Below are positions 1 to 9,649 of a DNA stretch of 64,000 nucleotides, one piece after another. Source of the DNA: Trypanosoma brucei (Eukaryota); NCBI GenBank assembly GCA_000002445.1, contig CH464491.1, forward strand, positions 1,792,001 to 1,856,000. Reading direction: 5' to 3'. A model generated the notes under the pieces. The model was given only the letters and a program-made list of their open reading frames with translations. It searched no databases and was not told the origin of the DNA. How positions within the stretch are numbered: position 1 is the stretch's first letter; each line of letters begins with the position of its first letter. The position numbers were made by a program, and so were the translations under genes.

Positions 1-819
1 GAGGTCCCTTTCAGTGAGCAAAAGGTATGGCGGAAGAGACACGTCGCCTTCGCCCCCCCTGCGTGCATGAAATGGAAGGTCTGAAGTAAGAATGGGGCAA
101 TGATCCCCTTTAGGTACCACCAAGCCATTTGTACACGACGAGGCCGAGTTCACTATCATCTCCAGGGTGTGAGAACCGCCATTCTCGGTGGCTTCCACCC
201 CACCCGTGTTTTCTAGTGAGGCCCGTGTCTCTTCGTCGACCTCCCGATCAACAGAGTGAATGAGGGACACATTCGTGCAACTTCCCGCTTCAAACTTTCC
301 CGCAATAAACGTTCCCTTCAGGCTCGCGTATTCTACTGCTGCCCTCTTCGAGTTACACCGCGAAGAATCGATCCCGCTTGGGTTCGCGGCACAAGTGGCC
401 TCTTGGTTGGAAGCAGACGTGGCAACGCTGCCCCTGTTGCTACTTTTCTCTTCGCTTCCACTGGAAGTGCGAGGTGAGAAGTCCCCCGGATGTGCAGAGG
501 CCGCTGTGGCTGGAACTGGGCCAACAATACCCCTGCGCCGCTTTTTACTCGGAAGGGAGCTCACCTTATTATTTTGAACGTGTTCCGTTGAGCTAACAAC
601 TGACGAGGCACCACTCTCACTCTGGCAGCCCGCAGAGTGGGTCGATACTCCCCGCAGCGAACTTCCTTTGCCCCCGCGCAGTAAGTTAAGTGCATATGCT
701 GTATTGGCATCACATGAGGTAGTGGGGCCACTAGAGCCACAATCCTCGCTGGTATCCTTATTCAGAGGTCGTCCCTTTTTATCCGTCACCGCGGGTTTCG
801 GCTGTGAGTAATTGCCCAT
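1..819 (-). CDS. Partial CDS (N-terminal 273 codons; continues beyond window start): hypothetical Ser/Gly/Thr-rich protein
   Basis: Hand translation of the minus strand from the ATG at 819-817 is open to coordinate 1 with no stop. The six-frame track omits it because it runs off the window edge. G+C is higher here than in the flanking intergenic DNA. Product is MGNYSQPKPAVTDKKGRPLNKDTSEDCGSSGPTTSCDANTAYALNLLRGG...; no recognisable domain. Confidence 0.4.
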   Translation of the reverse strand, partial: MGNYSQPKPAVTDKKGRPLNKDTSEDCGSSGPTTSCDANTAYALNLLRGGKGSSLRGVSTHSAGCQSESGASSVVSSTEHVQNNKVSSLPSKKRRRGIVGPVPATAASAHPGDFSPRTSSGSEEKSSNRGSVATSASNQEATCAANPSGIDSSRCNSKRAAVEYASLKGTFIAGKFEAGSCTNVSLIHSVDREVDEETRASLENTGGVEATENGGSHTLEMIVNSASSCTNGLVVPKGDHCPILTSDLPFHARRGGEGDVSLPPYLLLTERDL

Positions 820-926
820 GCGCGCCCCCAAGTGGGAAACGTCCCCACCGCAGGTGGTTTTCCCATTGCGCGGCACGGACTCCATAAGGGCCCCTACCGA
901 CGGGTGTGCGCTGCGATGCGAGTGGC

Positions 927-939
927 GGGGGGGGGGGGG
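927..939. repeat. Homopolymer G(13). Further G/C homopolymers lie at 35781-35791 (G11) and 39136-39146 (C11)
   Basis: Direct read: gcggggggggggggggcg. Confidence 0.9.
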
Positions 940-3900
940 CGAAGAGCACTCGTTCAATTTGAGAATTATTCTTTTTATGCACGTGTGTATATGGTGTATG
1001 ATCCCCCTCCCCTCTCTCCCTTGCTATTGTTCGGCGGGAACGGCTGTATTAACACGTTCTTGCTTCCACAGGTATTGCACTCCTCCTGCTCCTGTTCTCG
1101 TCTGCTTTCACCCCTTCCTTTTCTGCAAATACGTTGGCTCACTTGCCACTGTCCTCCTGCCACCTTCCACAGTGAAGACTCCCTCTTCCGCAGGGGTTAT
1201 TTGGATTTCTAAGATTTCTTCCCTTTTCCTTTCCCTCTCCCTTCACTCGCGCCAGCTGGTGCACTTCTCCACTTGAATTCCTTCCGCTTAGCGACACCTT
1301 TTCTTTTCACTATCCCCTCTCCTTTACTTTTTCCCCCTCCTATTTGTCACTTTCCTCTTTTCTCTTAATTAATTTCCGAATGCACCCTTCTGTGTTCTCT
1401 CTTCCTTTATTTTCTCCGTCACTCTCGTCTCTCTCTCTCTCTCGTCACACACAGTCAGATACACCGCTTGCCTACCTTAGAAATAAACGTGAAAACTCAC
1501 CTTCGCTTTGGCAGTCCTCACTTGTAATAATGGTGGTTTCGCTGGATTACTAAGTACGTGCGCGAGGAAACAGATGAATATATTCAAGTATGTTGCGCAG
1601 ACAAGAAGGGGTAAAAGAAGAGAGAAGAAAAAGTAAGATAATTGTAGCATTCTTTTTTTTTCTTTGCCCACAGTAGTGCATACTCAGTTAAACTTTTCAT
1701 CAGCGGTGAGGTAGGTCCAGGATATAAAACATCCGCATAAAATGCATAAAAGAAGGTTGGGCTGCGTAAAACAGGTAAAAGTAAAAAAAAAGGAAAGTGA
1801 AAAATGAAAACTCAATGAGAAATACGGAAAAGAAAAGAGCGATCATCTCCAAGTTGAAAGAAGAAGATGCATCCACATTTCCATTTATGAGGAAAAGGTT
1901 GTTGCACTCTTTCTTTCTTTCCCTCCTTTTTGCTCCTCCACTTCCTTCCATTCCTTTGCCATCTCTTCTTCTTCTTCACCCTCTTCCTTATTTTCCTGCA
2001 TACTGCCATTCCTTCTGCATCAGCTTTCACTCGTTTTGTGTTTTTCCTTGCTTTTTTTTTTGCTTTCTTTAATTTTTTTTATTCCCCTCCCTTTACAAGA
2101 ACTTCGCTCTGGTCACGCTCTCCGTCTCTCTCTCTCTCTCTCCCTCTTCCTCTTCCTCTCTCTCTTCCTTTTTCTCCTCCTCCTTCACCCACGTAACCAC
2201 TAAATCACACCGCTTCCCCTTTCACACTCATACAAACACGCATGAGCATATATATATATATATATATCGTGTACAAAACAATAAAAATAAAGAAGAACAC
2301 TTACACATTGCTGCCTCAAGCGCCCTCTCTCCTTTTCCTTTTGTATGTCTCATTCACTTACTTCGCCTCTCTCCTTCTTAATCCATTTCCCCTCCCCTCC
2401 CCTCCATACACATACACATACACACACACACCTTCCACCTCTCTCTCCCTCCCCCTTTCCTTTATTTCTTACTTTCCTCCACACACACACATAAGTACAA
2501 ACATAAATATATAAATATATATTATGAATAAGCACACAAATATGTATCTTATTCAGCCTCTTCGTGTGATGTTTCACTTCATCATTCGCCTTCCTCTCTC
2601 TCTCTTTTCTCTCTCTTTTTTTTTTTTAAATGCCGGTGGTAGCGGTGACGTGACGGTAAGGATGAAGGGATACGGGACGTGAAAGTGGCAGTTAAGCAAA
2701 TAATGTAAAGAACAAAAAAAATTGAAGGGACACTTGAAGATTTTAAGGAAGATGTGAAACAGAGAAAGAAAAACACAGGTAGGCAACGGTCCACTTATTT
2801 ATATAGTATTATTATGAAGATGGTGGATGATTTTTGTTTTAGTTTTTAACAGGGCGGTGAAAGGGGCTAAAACAGTGGGAGGAGGTAAAGGTAACAGGTG
2901 ATGTGAGAGAGAGAGAAAAAAAAAAGCACACACACACACAAACAAAAGAAATTATTCAAGACGACGAAAAAAAGAAAAAAAAGAAGGAGAAAACATGGTG
3001 AAAACAAAAAAAAAACGAAAAAGAAAGGGAAAGGAAGCGAACGAACGGACAAACGGAAACCAGCAGCTCTTTGAGATCCCTAAGGTCTTACTCTTGTCTC
3101 TCTCACATATTCCCTCTTTCCTCATCCCTCTTTTCTCCACACCTCCCGAGCCGCACAAAATGTAAAATAATAATAATAGTAGTAGTAATGGTGATGGTAT
3201 AAATAATAATAATAATAACAATCGGCCTCCGTGTGTATGACAAAACAAAAAAAACAAAGATAGAGGGAAGAAAGAGAAAGAGAGGTGATAGAAAATAAAT
3301 AAAATCAACAAGTGGGGGGGGGAGGGGGGAAGACGGAGCCTCACCTTTTTTGTAACTTTCCGTTGTGGTGTGGAGAAAAAAAAGGAGGGGAGATGTGGAA
3401 ACAAAGATAGACATGTGCACCATGCATTGCGCTCATTTTGCATTTGCATATATAAATATATATATATAAATGTATAAATTTTATTTTATTTTTCTTCCTT
3501 CCCAAGTAAAAATTCCTATCTTCCTTCCCTTTGCACTACCCTGCTTGTTTGCTTGCTTATTCTCCGCTGCGGCTGCTGCACACCTCCCAATACCTATCCT
3601 TCATCTCAGTTTCCTTCCCCTTCCCTTTTCCTTTCCCTTTTCTTTTTCCTTTGTATTCTTTCCTACTTCACTTCCTCACTAACTCTTCCATCTCCTCACT
3701 CTCCTTTTCGTACATACACATTACAGGAAAAAACAAAGAAGGAGGAAAGGTAGGGGTAGAGGGGGAAAAAAAAATAAAAGTATAAACACAAGAAGTAACA
3801 AATGGAAAGGGAAAAAAGAAAAAGAAAACAACGGTGAGGAAGGGAAGAAGTAAAGGAGTTGCTGAAGGGGGAAATCGCTACAGGATGAGGGTGCCACCAA

Positions 3901-4632
3901 AACATCGATCGCCAATAACACAAATAACAACAACAATAACAATAACAATAGCAACAACAGTACATATTGGTGCCAATATAATGATGATGCGGACGGAGTA
4001 AAAGCTCTACAAAGAGAAAAAAAAAGAGAAAAAAGCGAGGGCTGCAAAGAAGTATTACTCGTTGTTTTATTCTTCGGCTCGGTTCGCTCATACACGCCAC
4101 ACACACAAAAAAAAACGCGTGACCACACGCGTTCACGCAATTTTCTCTGCACACTTATCCGCCAACCTCAACCACCCACCTCCTCATCTATCTTGTACGG
4201 GTATTTCCCCCGCTCACCTATTTCTTAGCTTGTTTGGATTTCACGTTTATTATTATTATTATTATTGTTACTTACCTTGCCTCTCACGAAATTAGACGCA
4301 ACGAAGGGGAAACTTCAGCCTCCTTCTTCATTCACGTTTCGAAGTCGTTGGGGAGGAGTGTCTCTCGGATGCAGAAAAAAAAATAATAATAAATGGAAAG
4401 CATGGCAACCCGGAGGTCCCCATCACCCCAACAACTGTCCTAAGTCGTACTGCATAAAAATAAACTTAGGGCGAGAAAAAGCATGGGACATTGAAGGTCG
4501 CAGTAGCAGACCCCGTCCAGAGGAGTTCCTAAAGCGATCACACACTTGTGAACAACTGGTGCAATCGGCAGTTGACTGATACGGAGTACTTGAGACCATG
4601 CGTTTGGTATACCTTCAATTACGGGTATACAC

Positions 4633-4635
<3 letters not shown>

Positions 4636-4678
<43 letters not shown>
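4636..4678. repeat. (CA)n microsatellite, ~21 units
   Basis: Direct read: cacacacac...cacg. Confidence 0.95.
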
Positions 4679-4681
<3 letters not shown>

Positions 4682-4846
4682 TGAACACTCCCCACGTATC
4701 TTGTCATTTACTGTTTTCCTTCACCCATCCACAACAGCTCATCTTTCCCTTCATATTCCACACATCCGCAACTATTCCTTCACTCACTAGAGAACTCTTT
4801 CTTGACACACACCCAACAATCGGTGGTCGCTGCGTCATATGCTCAT

Positions 4847-6172
4847 CTACCACCTATTAGGGAGAGCGGGCCCTCCCATATATCCACCAGAGTTACGTTG
4901 CCCAAACATCTGATTGACGCCACCATCGGCGCCTCCCATCGGGCGGCCAGCCGAAAAACCTCCCATATGTGGACCACCCCTCATCGCATTCCCGCGACCC
5001 ATGTGAGGAGGGACATCCACTCCGCGGTCGCCAAAATTCTGATTGCGCTGCATTAGGTAATGACCACCACTGTAGTAATGATTGTGATCATACGGCGGCA
5101 CCATTACGCCAGCGTTGGGAGTCCAATGGTCGTTACGCCCGCGGCCGCCCCACGGCATGCCGTCTTGCGTTCCCGTTTGATACGTGTAGTTGTTGCCAAC
5201 ATGCTGCGGAGGTTGCGGTGGTGGTGGTAGTTGGGTTTGCGAGGTCACTGGAAGTGAACTGGGAGCCTGGCGGAGCGGTGCGGGTTGCTGCTGTATCATT
5301 TGTTGTTGTTGTTGCTGTTGTTGTTGCTGCTGCAATTGCTGCTGCTGCTCCACCAGCCTGCTGCGTTCCCTCTGAAGACCATCACTTTGGTCGTTCAGCT
5401 GCCGTTCTTGGGCGAGCAGGCGAGCATGCTTTTCATTCATCTCAATTTCCCGCTGTTTGCGGCACTCTTCAAACAAATGACGCTCATTGTAAAGGTTAGC
5501 GCGTCCCTTTTCCAACTCAGCCATCGCGGAGTCAATTCGCTGGTGACTAGCCGGTGCCTCAAACACTACACGGGGTCCCTTCGAGTGTGCCTCAACGACT
5601 TCAGCTGGGTATGTTACAATGTAGGTTACTGGTTTGGCCTGTGGGGGTACCACAGGGTGTTGCGGGGTTATGTCGCTGGAAAAAGTGTAGTCATCATCGT
5701 TTGCCCAACTAAAGTTACCGTTGCTCTCCGGTAGTGTGACGGTAGGCTGTGGTTTAGGAGGTTGTTGGGGCTTGGGTGTCGGAGTAGGTTGCTTTTCCAC
5801 TACAGGAGATTCTTCTACCGGTGTGGGGGGAATCTCCACCGGTGCGACTACAGCTTCTACGGTAGGTTCCTCCGCTACAGGAACTTCGGGTTCCGGCACC
5901 GCTACCTCCGGCGGCTCGGGCGTACGTGGCTTTTCCACGCGGACAGTTTGCTTCGTCACGTTGGTGCGTAGCGCCTCCAGAAAAGTTTTCCCGGATGAGG
6001 TCTTTGATGCATTTGTGATCTGTGCCTTAATTGTTGGGCCAGCGGGAACCACGACATCATCCGCTTTGTTTTCCTCGCGCTTCGGCCGGCCGGTCTCGTT
6101 GCTGGGGCGGCTGTCCAGCTTGTGGTTGCCGTTCACATTGGCGTGTTGTTTCGGATTGTTTTTTGGAGGCAT
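4847..6172 (-). CDS. Hypothetical low-complexity protein: PEVK-like P/E/V-rich segment, poly-Q tract, Gly/Met/Arg-rich C-terminus
   Basis: 441-aa ORF. The PEPPEVAVPEPEVPVAEEPTVEAVVAPVEIPP segment is PEVK-like. A Q(13) run is encoded by the CAG/CAA repeat at ~5285-5345 (seen as CTG/TTG on the plus strand). C-terminal GGxMG / RG repeats. Coding-like complexity in the central part (LFEECRKQREIEMNEKHARLLAQERQL). Confidence 0.6.
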   Translation of the reverse strand: MPPKNNPKQHANVNGNHKLDSRPSNETGRPKREENKADDVVVPAGPTIKAQITNASKTSSGKTFLEALRTNVTKQTVRVEKPRTPEPPEVAVPEPEVPVAEEPTVEAVVAPVEIPPTPVEESPVVEKQPTPTPKPQQPPKPQPTVTLPESNGNFSWANDDDYTFSSDITPQHPVVPPQAKPVTYIVTYPAEVVEAHSKGPRVVFEAPASHQRIDSAMAELEKGRANLYNERHLFEECRKQREIEMNEKHARLLAQERQLNDQSDGLQRERSRLVEQQQQLQQQQQQQQQQQMIQQQPAPLRQAPSSLPVTSQTQLPPPPQPPQHVGNNYTYQTGTQDGMPWGGRGRNDHWTPNAGVMVPPYDHNHYYSGGHYLMQRNQNFGDRGVDVPPHMGRGNAMRGGPHMGGFSAGRPMGGADGGVNQMFGQRNSGGYMGGPALPNRW

Positions 6173-7448
6173 ACTTGTATACTCTTCTTCTCTACCTCCA
6201 GTAATTTCCTTAACTTACTTTCAGTTCTTCTGATACTTATTTTATTTATCTTAGTTTCTTCCTCCCCTCTCCTGTCGTTTGTTTTATTACACTTTTCCTC
6301 TTCCTGTCCTTTGAATACCGTGAACTTTGTGTCTACTTTCGATTCGCCGCCGGTATGTTTGCTATGACTTCACCTTCTTTTCTCCCTTGTTTGGTCTTCC
6401 CTTTACGATCTGGACTTAGTTTAAATACTTTATTGGCTGATATTTTGTTGGGAGGCTTCTGAGTTATTTCTCTCTTTTTCCTTGTTAATGCTTATTTTTC
6501 TCTTCTTTTTTTTTGTATTTGTTTGTTTGTATTTTGTTTTCTCCTGTTCTCTCTCCTTTAGCTTACTCAAGTTATTATGTAAACAGTACCTTTCCTTCTT
6601 TTATTCTTTTAATTTTGTTTTTAGTGAGTGTGTGTTAAAGAGTTCTTACTATTTGTCCTCTCCTTTTTCTCTTTTTTTTCCTTTTAGTTTTTTTTCCTTT
6701 AAAAAAATTCTCCTACTGGTAAAATTTATTGGCGTTACAATTGTTTTTGCCAAGTGCAACGTTTCGGACAGAAAGATGAAAGAACGAATAAGAAAAACAA
6801 AAGTAGCGGAATGAAAACGAAAAAAAAATAGATAAAAAAATACACACAAAAAAAAATGGCTCATCCGATCATTAATAACAAATAACTTCACCGCACAAGT
6901 CACTGCACATAAGGAGAATCCCATACAAGATTCCGCACACTGTAAGAAAGAGGGGGAAGGAAGCAAACGCAAAAAAAAAACACGCTGGCAAACAGACGGT
7001 GGTGCATGAAAAGGCGATGAAGCTGTTTAGTAGGAAAAGTTATAAATTAAGCACATACGAAGCGGTCTTTAGGGGTGGGAAGGAAACACTTTTACAGCAT
7101 AACATCGCCAATAATAGTGATAATAACAACAAATGGGAATTACTGAGGGGATAAAAAGACGTTACACTAAACCTCTACAATACTAATATATATATGTATG
7201 TATGTGTGTGCAACATCAACCACTCATATCTCCGCCTCCATTATTTCTTCCCACAACATCAAACTCCCTTTACTTCGTCGCACTTGAATCACAGTCACCA
7301 ATATACGATTTCTCGTAACAAGCACGCCACCCATGTCACAAGTATTCAGTAGTCAAAGAAAAAGAAACAAAACACGCACACACACAATTGAAAAAGGAAA
7401 AGGAAGAAAGAAAGAAAGGAAACAGACCCTTCTCTACCCAATCAAGTT

Positions 7449-8660
7449 TTACCAATCGTCCACAGCAATACCGAAATCACGATCCCTGCAGCAGTAATAT
7501 GGTGCCAGCAACGACCACAAGTACAACAGTACAGCTGACCATACCGTGCCGCTTCGCACCCAGTAGGCGATGTTAATACTGCTTTTCATTTTGTCCTCAC
7601 CCATGCCACTTACATGCCAACCCGTTGAAAGCATCGCCAAGTACATGGAACCGAGCATCATTACGGTGTAGAAAAACATGTAACTGCTGAGGTGGCCGCT
7701 CTCCTCGGGATCCTCCTCAACATCATCATCCCCAACATGACCGAACCCTTTGCTGCTACCCCCTGTGGAAACAACGCTATACACAAGCGTGAAACCGCTC
7801 ACAATACTACCAATAATTATTTGCTTCAATGAACCGGCCTCATTAGGTGGTATAGCAATTGTGTTACAGTTGGCATCGTCGCCCATGCGGAGTGTAACGA
7901 ACATGACACCAGCCGTGTAGGCAAAGACAATTCCGCTTGATACTATCGAACCATGCGGTAAATAAATCGACAGCACCGTGTAAACCACAGCACTGATAAG
8001 CACGCTCAAAATCGCGAAAGCGTTGTAATTGCAGTTCACATTTGGGACAAACACCACAAAGGACATAGCAGCAATTGCAATGCCAGCTATGTAACTCAGC
8101 ACGGCAACTATCAGCAGATACCACAACCATTTGCTGTTTTGCTCCATCCTCTCCCCCCACTCCTCAGTCCACTGATAGCTAAAGTCGATGAGGAACACCA
8201 CATTTATTAGCAGGAAGAGTCCTGAAGCAAAGACGCAGGTGTACGCATAATATGCAAAGAATGTATTTGGTACCCACATTGTCGCAAGAAATAACAGGCC
8301 AAGTAATATGGTCTTGGCGAAGAAGAACCGCCTCTGAAACTCCACACGTGACTCGGTGTCGATGCAACACGTAAGGTCCGAGACAGAAAGAAGGTGCAAG
8401 AAGAAGAACAAAGAAAGAGAGAAACTGACGCGATAGGCAAGAACTTCACCCACACAAAAGTTTGCGTCCCCTTTGCCAGCGTACTCACAGCCTTTCTTAA
8501 TAAGTGGGAGATGGCTCAGCAGTGTAAGAAAGCCGCGCAACAACATGGTCGCAACGATTCCCACGAAGAGGTACAGAGAATATTGCACCCGCAACACAAC
8601 TGTTGGGGAAAGAGAAGTACCATCACTCGAACCCATCACAACTAAAAAAAAAAGAATCAC
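7449..8660 (-). CDS. Serine incorporator (Serinc/TMS1) family multi-pass membrane protein
   Basis: 403 aa with ~10 hydrophobic helices. LIDFSYQWTEEWGERMEQNSKWLWYLL matches the Serinc core LVDFAHSWNESWVxRMEEGNPRLWYAALL. C-terminal WVRSGTVWSAVLLYLWSLLAPYYCCRDRDF matches Serinc [21 protein letters not shown]...SRDFS. True start may be the second Met (MGSSDG..., ATG at 8636). Confidence 0.8.
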   Translation of the reverse strand: MILFFLVVMGSSDGTSLSPTVVLRVQYSLYLFVGIVATMLLRGFLTLLSHLPLIKKGCEYAGKGDANFCVGEVLAYRVSFSLSLFFFLHLLSVSDLTCCIDTESRVEFQRRFFFAKTILLGLLFLATMWVPNTFFAYYAYTCVFASGLFLLINVVFLIDFSYQWTEEWGERMEQNSKWLWYLLIVAVLSYIAGIAIAAMSFVVFVPNVNCNYNAFAILSVLISAVVYTVLSIYLPHGSIVSSGIVFAYTAGVMFVTLRMGDDANCNTIAIPPNEAGSLKQIIIGSIVSGFTLVYSVVSTGGSSKGFGHVGDDDVEEDPEESGHLSSYMFFYTVMMLGSMYLAMLSTGWHVSGMGEDKMKSSINIAYWVRSGTVWSAVLLYLWSLLAPYYCCRDRDFGIAVDDW

Positions 8661-9649
8661 CTATGGGAGAAACGACTTTCCTTCGCTCTCCCTCTATAAA
8701 TATCCTTGTATATAGTCGAACCCTTCGCGCAGGCTCACCTTTTTTGTCCCTGAGTTTAATCCCTTTCGGATTATCTGAAAGATTACATTAGTAATGAAGC
8801 GAAGGGTAATGTAAGAGCATGAGGCAATATGCGTGGTTTCATACTTACAGGGAACCGTCTCGGGTTTCAAAAAAAAAGAAAAAAAGGACGACCTAGCGGA
8901 GGGGCTGAGAACGAAAAAACACGAATTACGTAAGGTGAGGAGGTTAAAAACGGGGTGAAGAGAGAATATCACAACAAAGCGAGAAGGGAAGATGCCAGAG
9001 CCACCACTACAACTTCACATTTATTTTATATATGCGTCTTCTTTTCTTCCTTCCCTCACCGTTCCGCATCTCTCGCCGCATCCACCCCCCCCCCTCCCTT
9101 CCTCCTCACCTCTTTTCCACGCTCTTCTCTCTAGTTTAGCTGTTCCTTTTTTTTGTTTTTCTTTTTGGTAGGCGCCATGGGCTTACCTCTAGTAGGCCTT
9201 TCCGCTGCTTAAGCATATACATTCAAATTCAGTGTACATCCTGCTGCACCTCTAGTTGCGCTGCACGCATTGTAACATAGACAGTGTTTCTCAGTAATGG
9301 TAGTTCCGCAGTTCGGCATGGTGAACAAAACCAAGTGTTAACAACAATAACAATAATGGCAGAATACATTTGAGGTTACATTCGAAAAAGCCGTACGCTA
9401 ACTACACGGTACCACCAGCGCACCTGTGATCAAGGGAGGAGTTATTTTGGTTGAAAATAAAAAAAAGAAAAGGAAAACACAACGCAACAGTAAAAAGAAC
9501 AACCAGATCCCTCAAGGTGCTACGACTACACCAAATTTATTCCCCACTCCTCCGCCTCCTTTCCATTCCTGCCTTCCAAAAGGCAAAACCTCCTCCTCCC
9601 TCCCTCCTTCAGGGGCGCCCCCATAACGAAAGGCGGTGACGTTAAACAA

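Noticed and set aside
4969-6233. Plus-strand ORFs of 149-176 aa (4969-5499, 5285-5734, 5721-6233)
   Set aside because: They are antisense to the 441-aa minus-strand gene. They are composed of poly-L/C/G runs produced by its CAG and GC-rich repeats.
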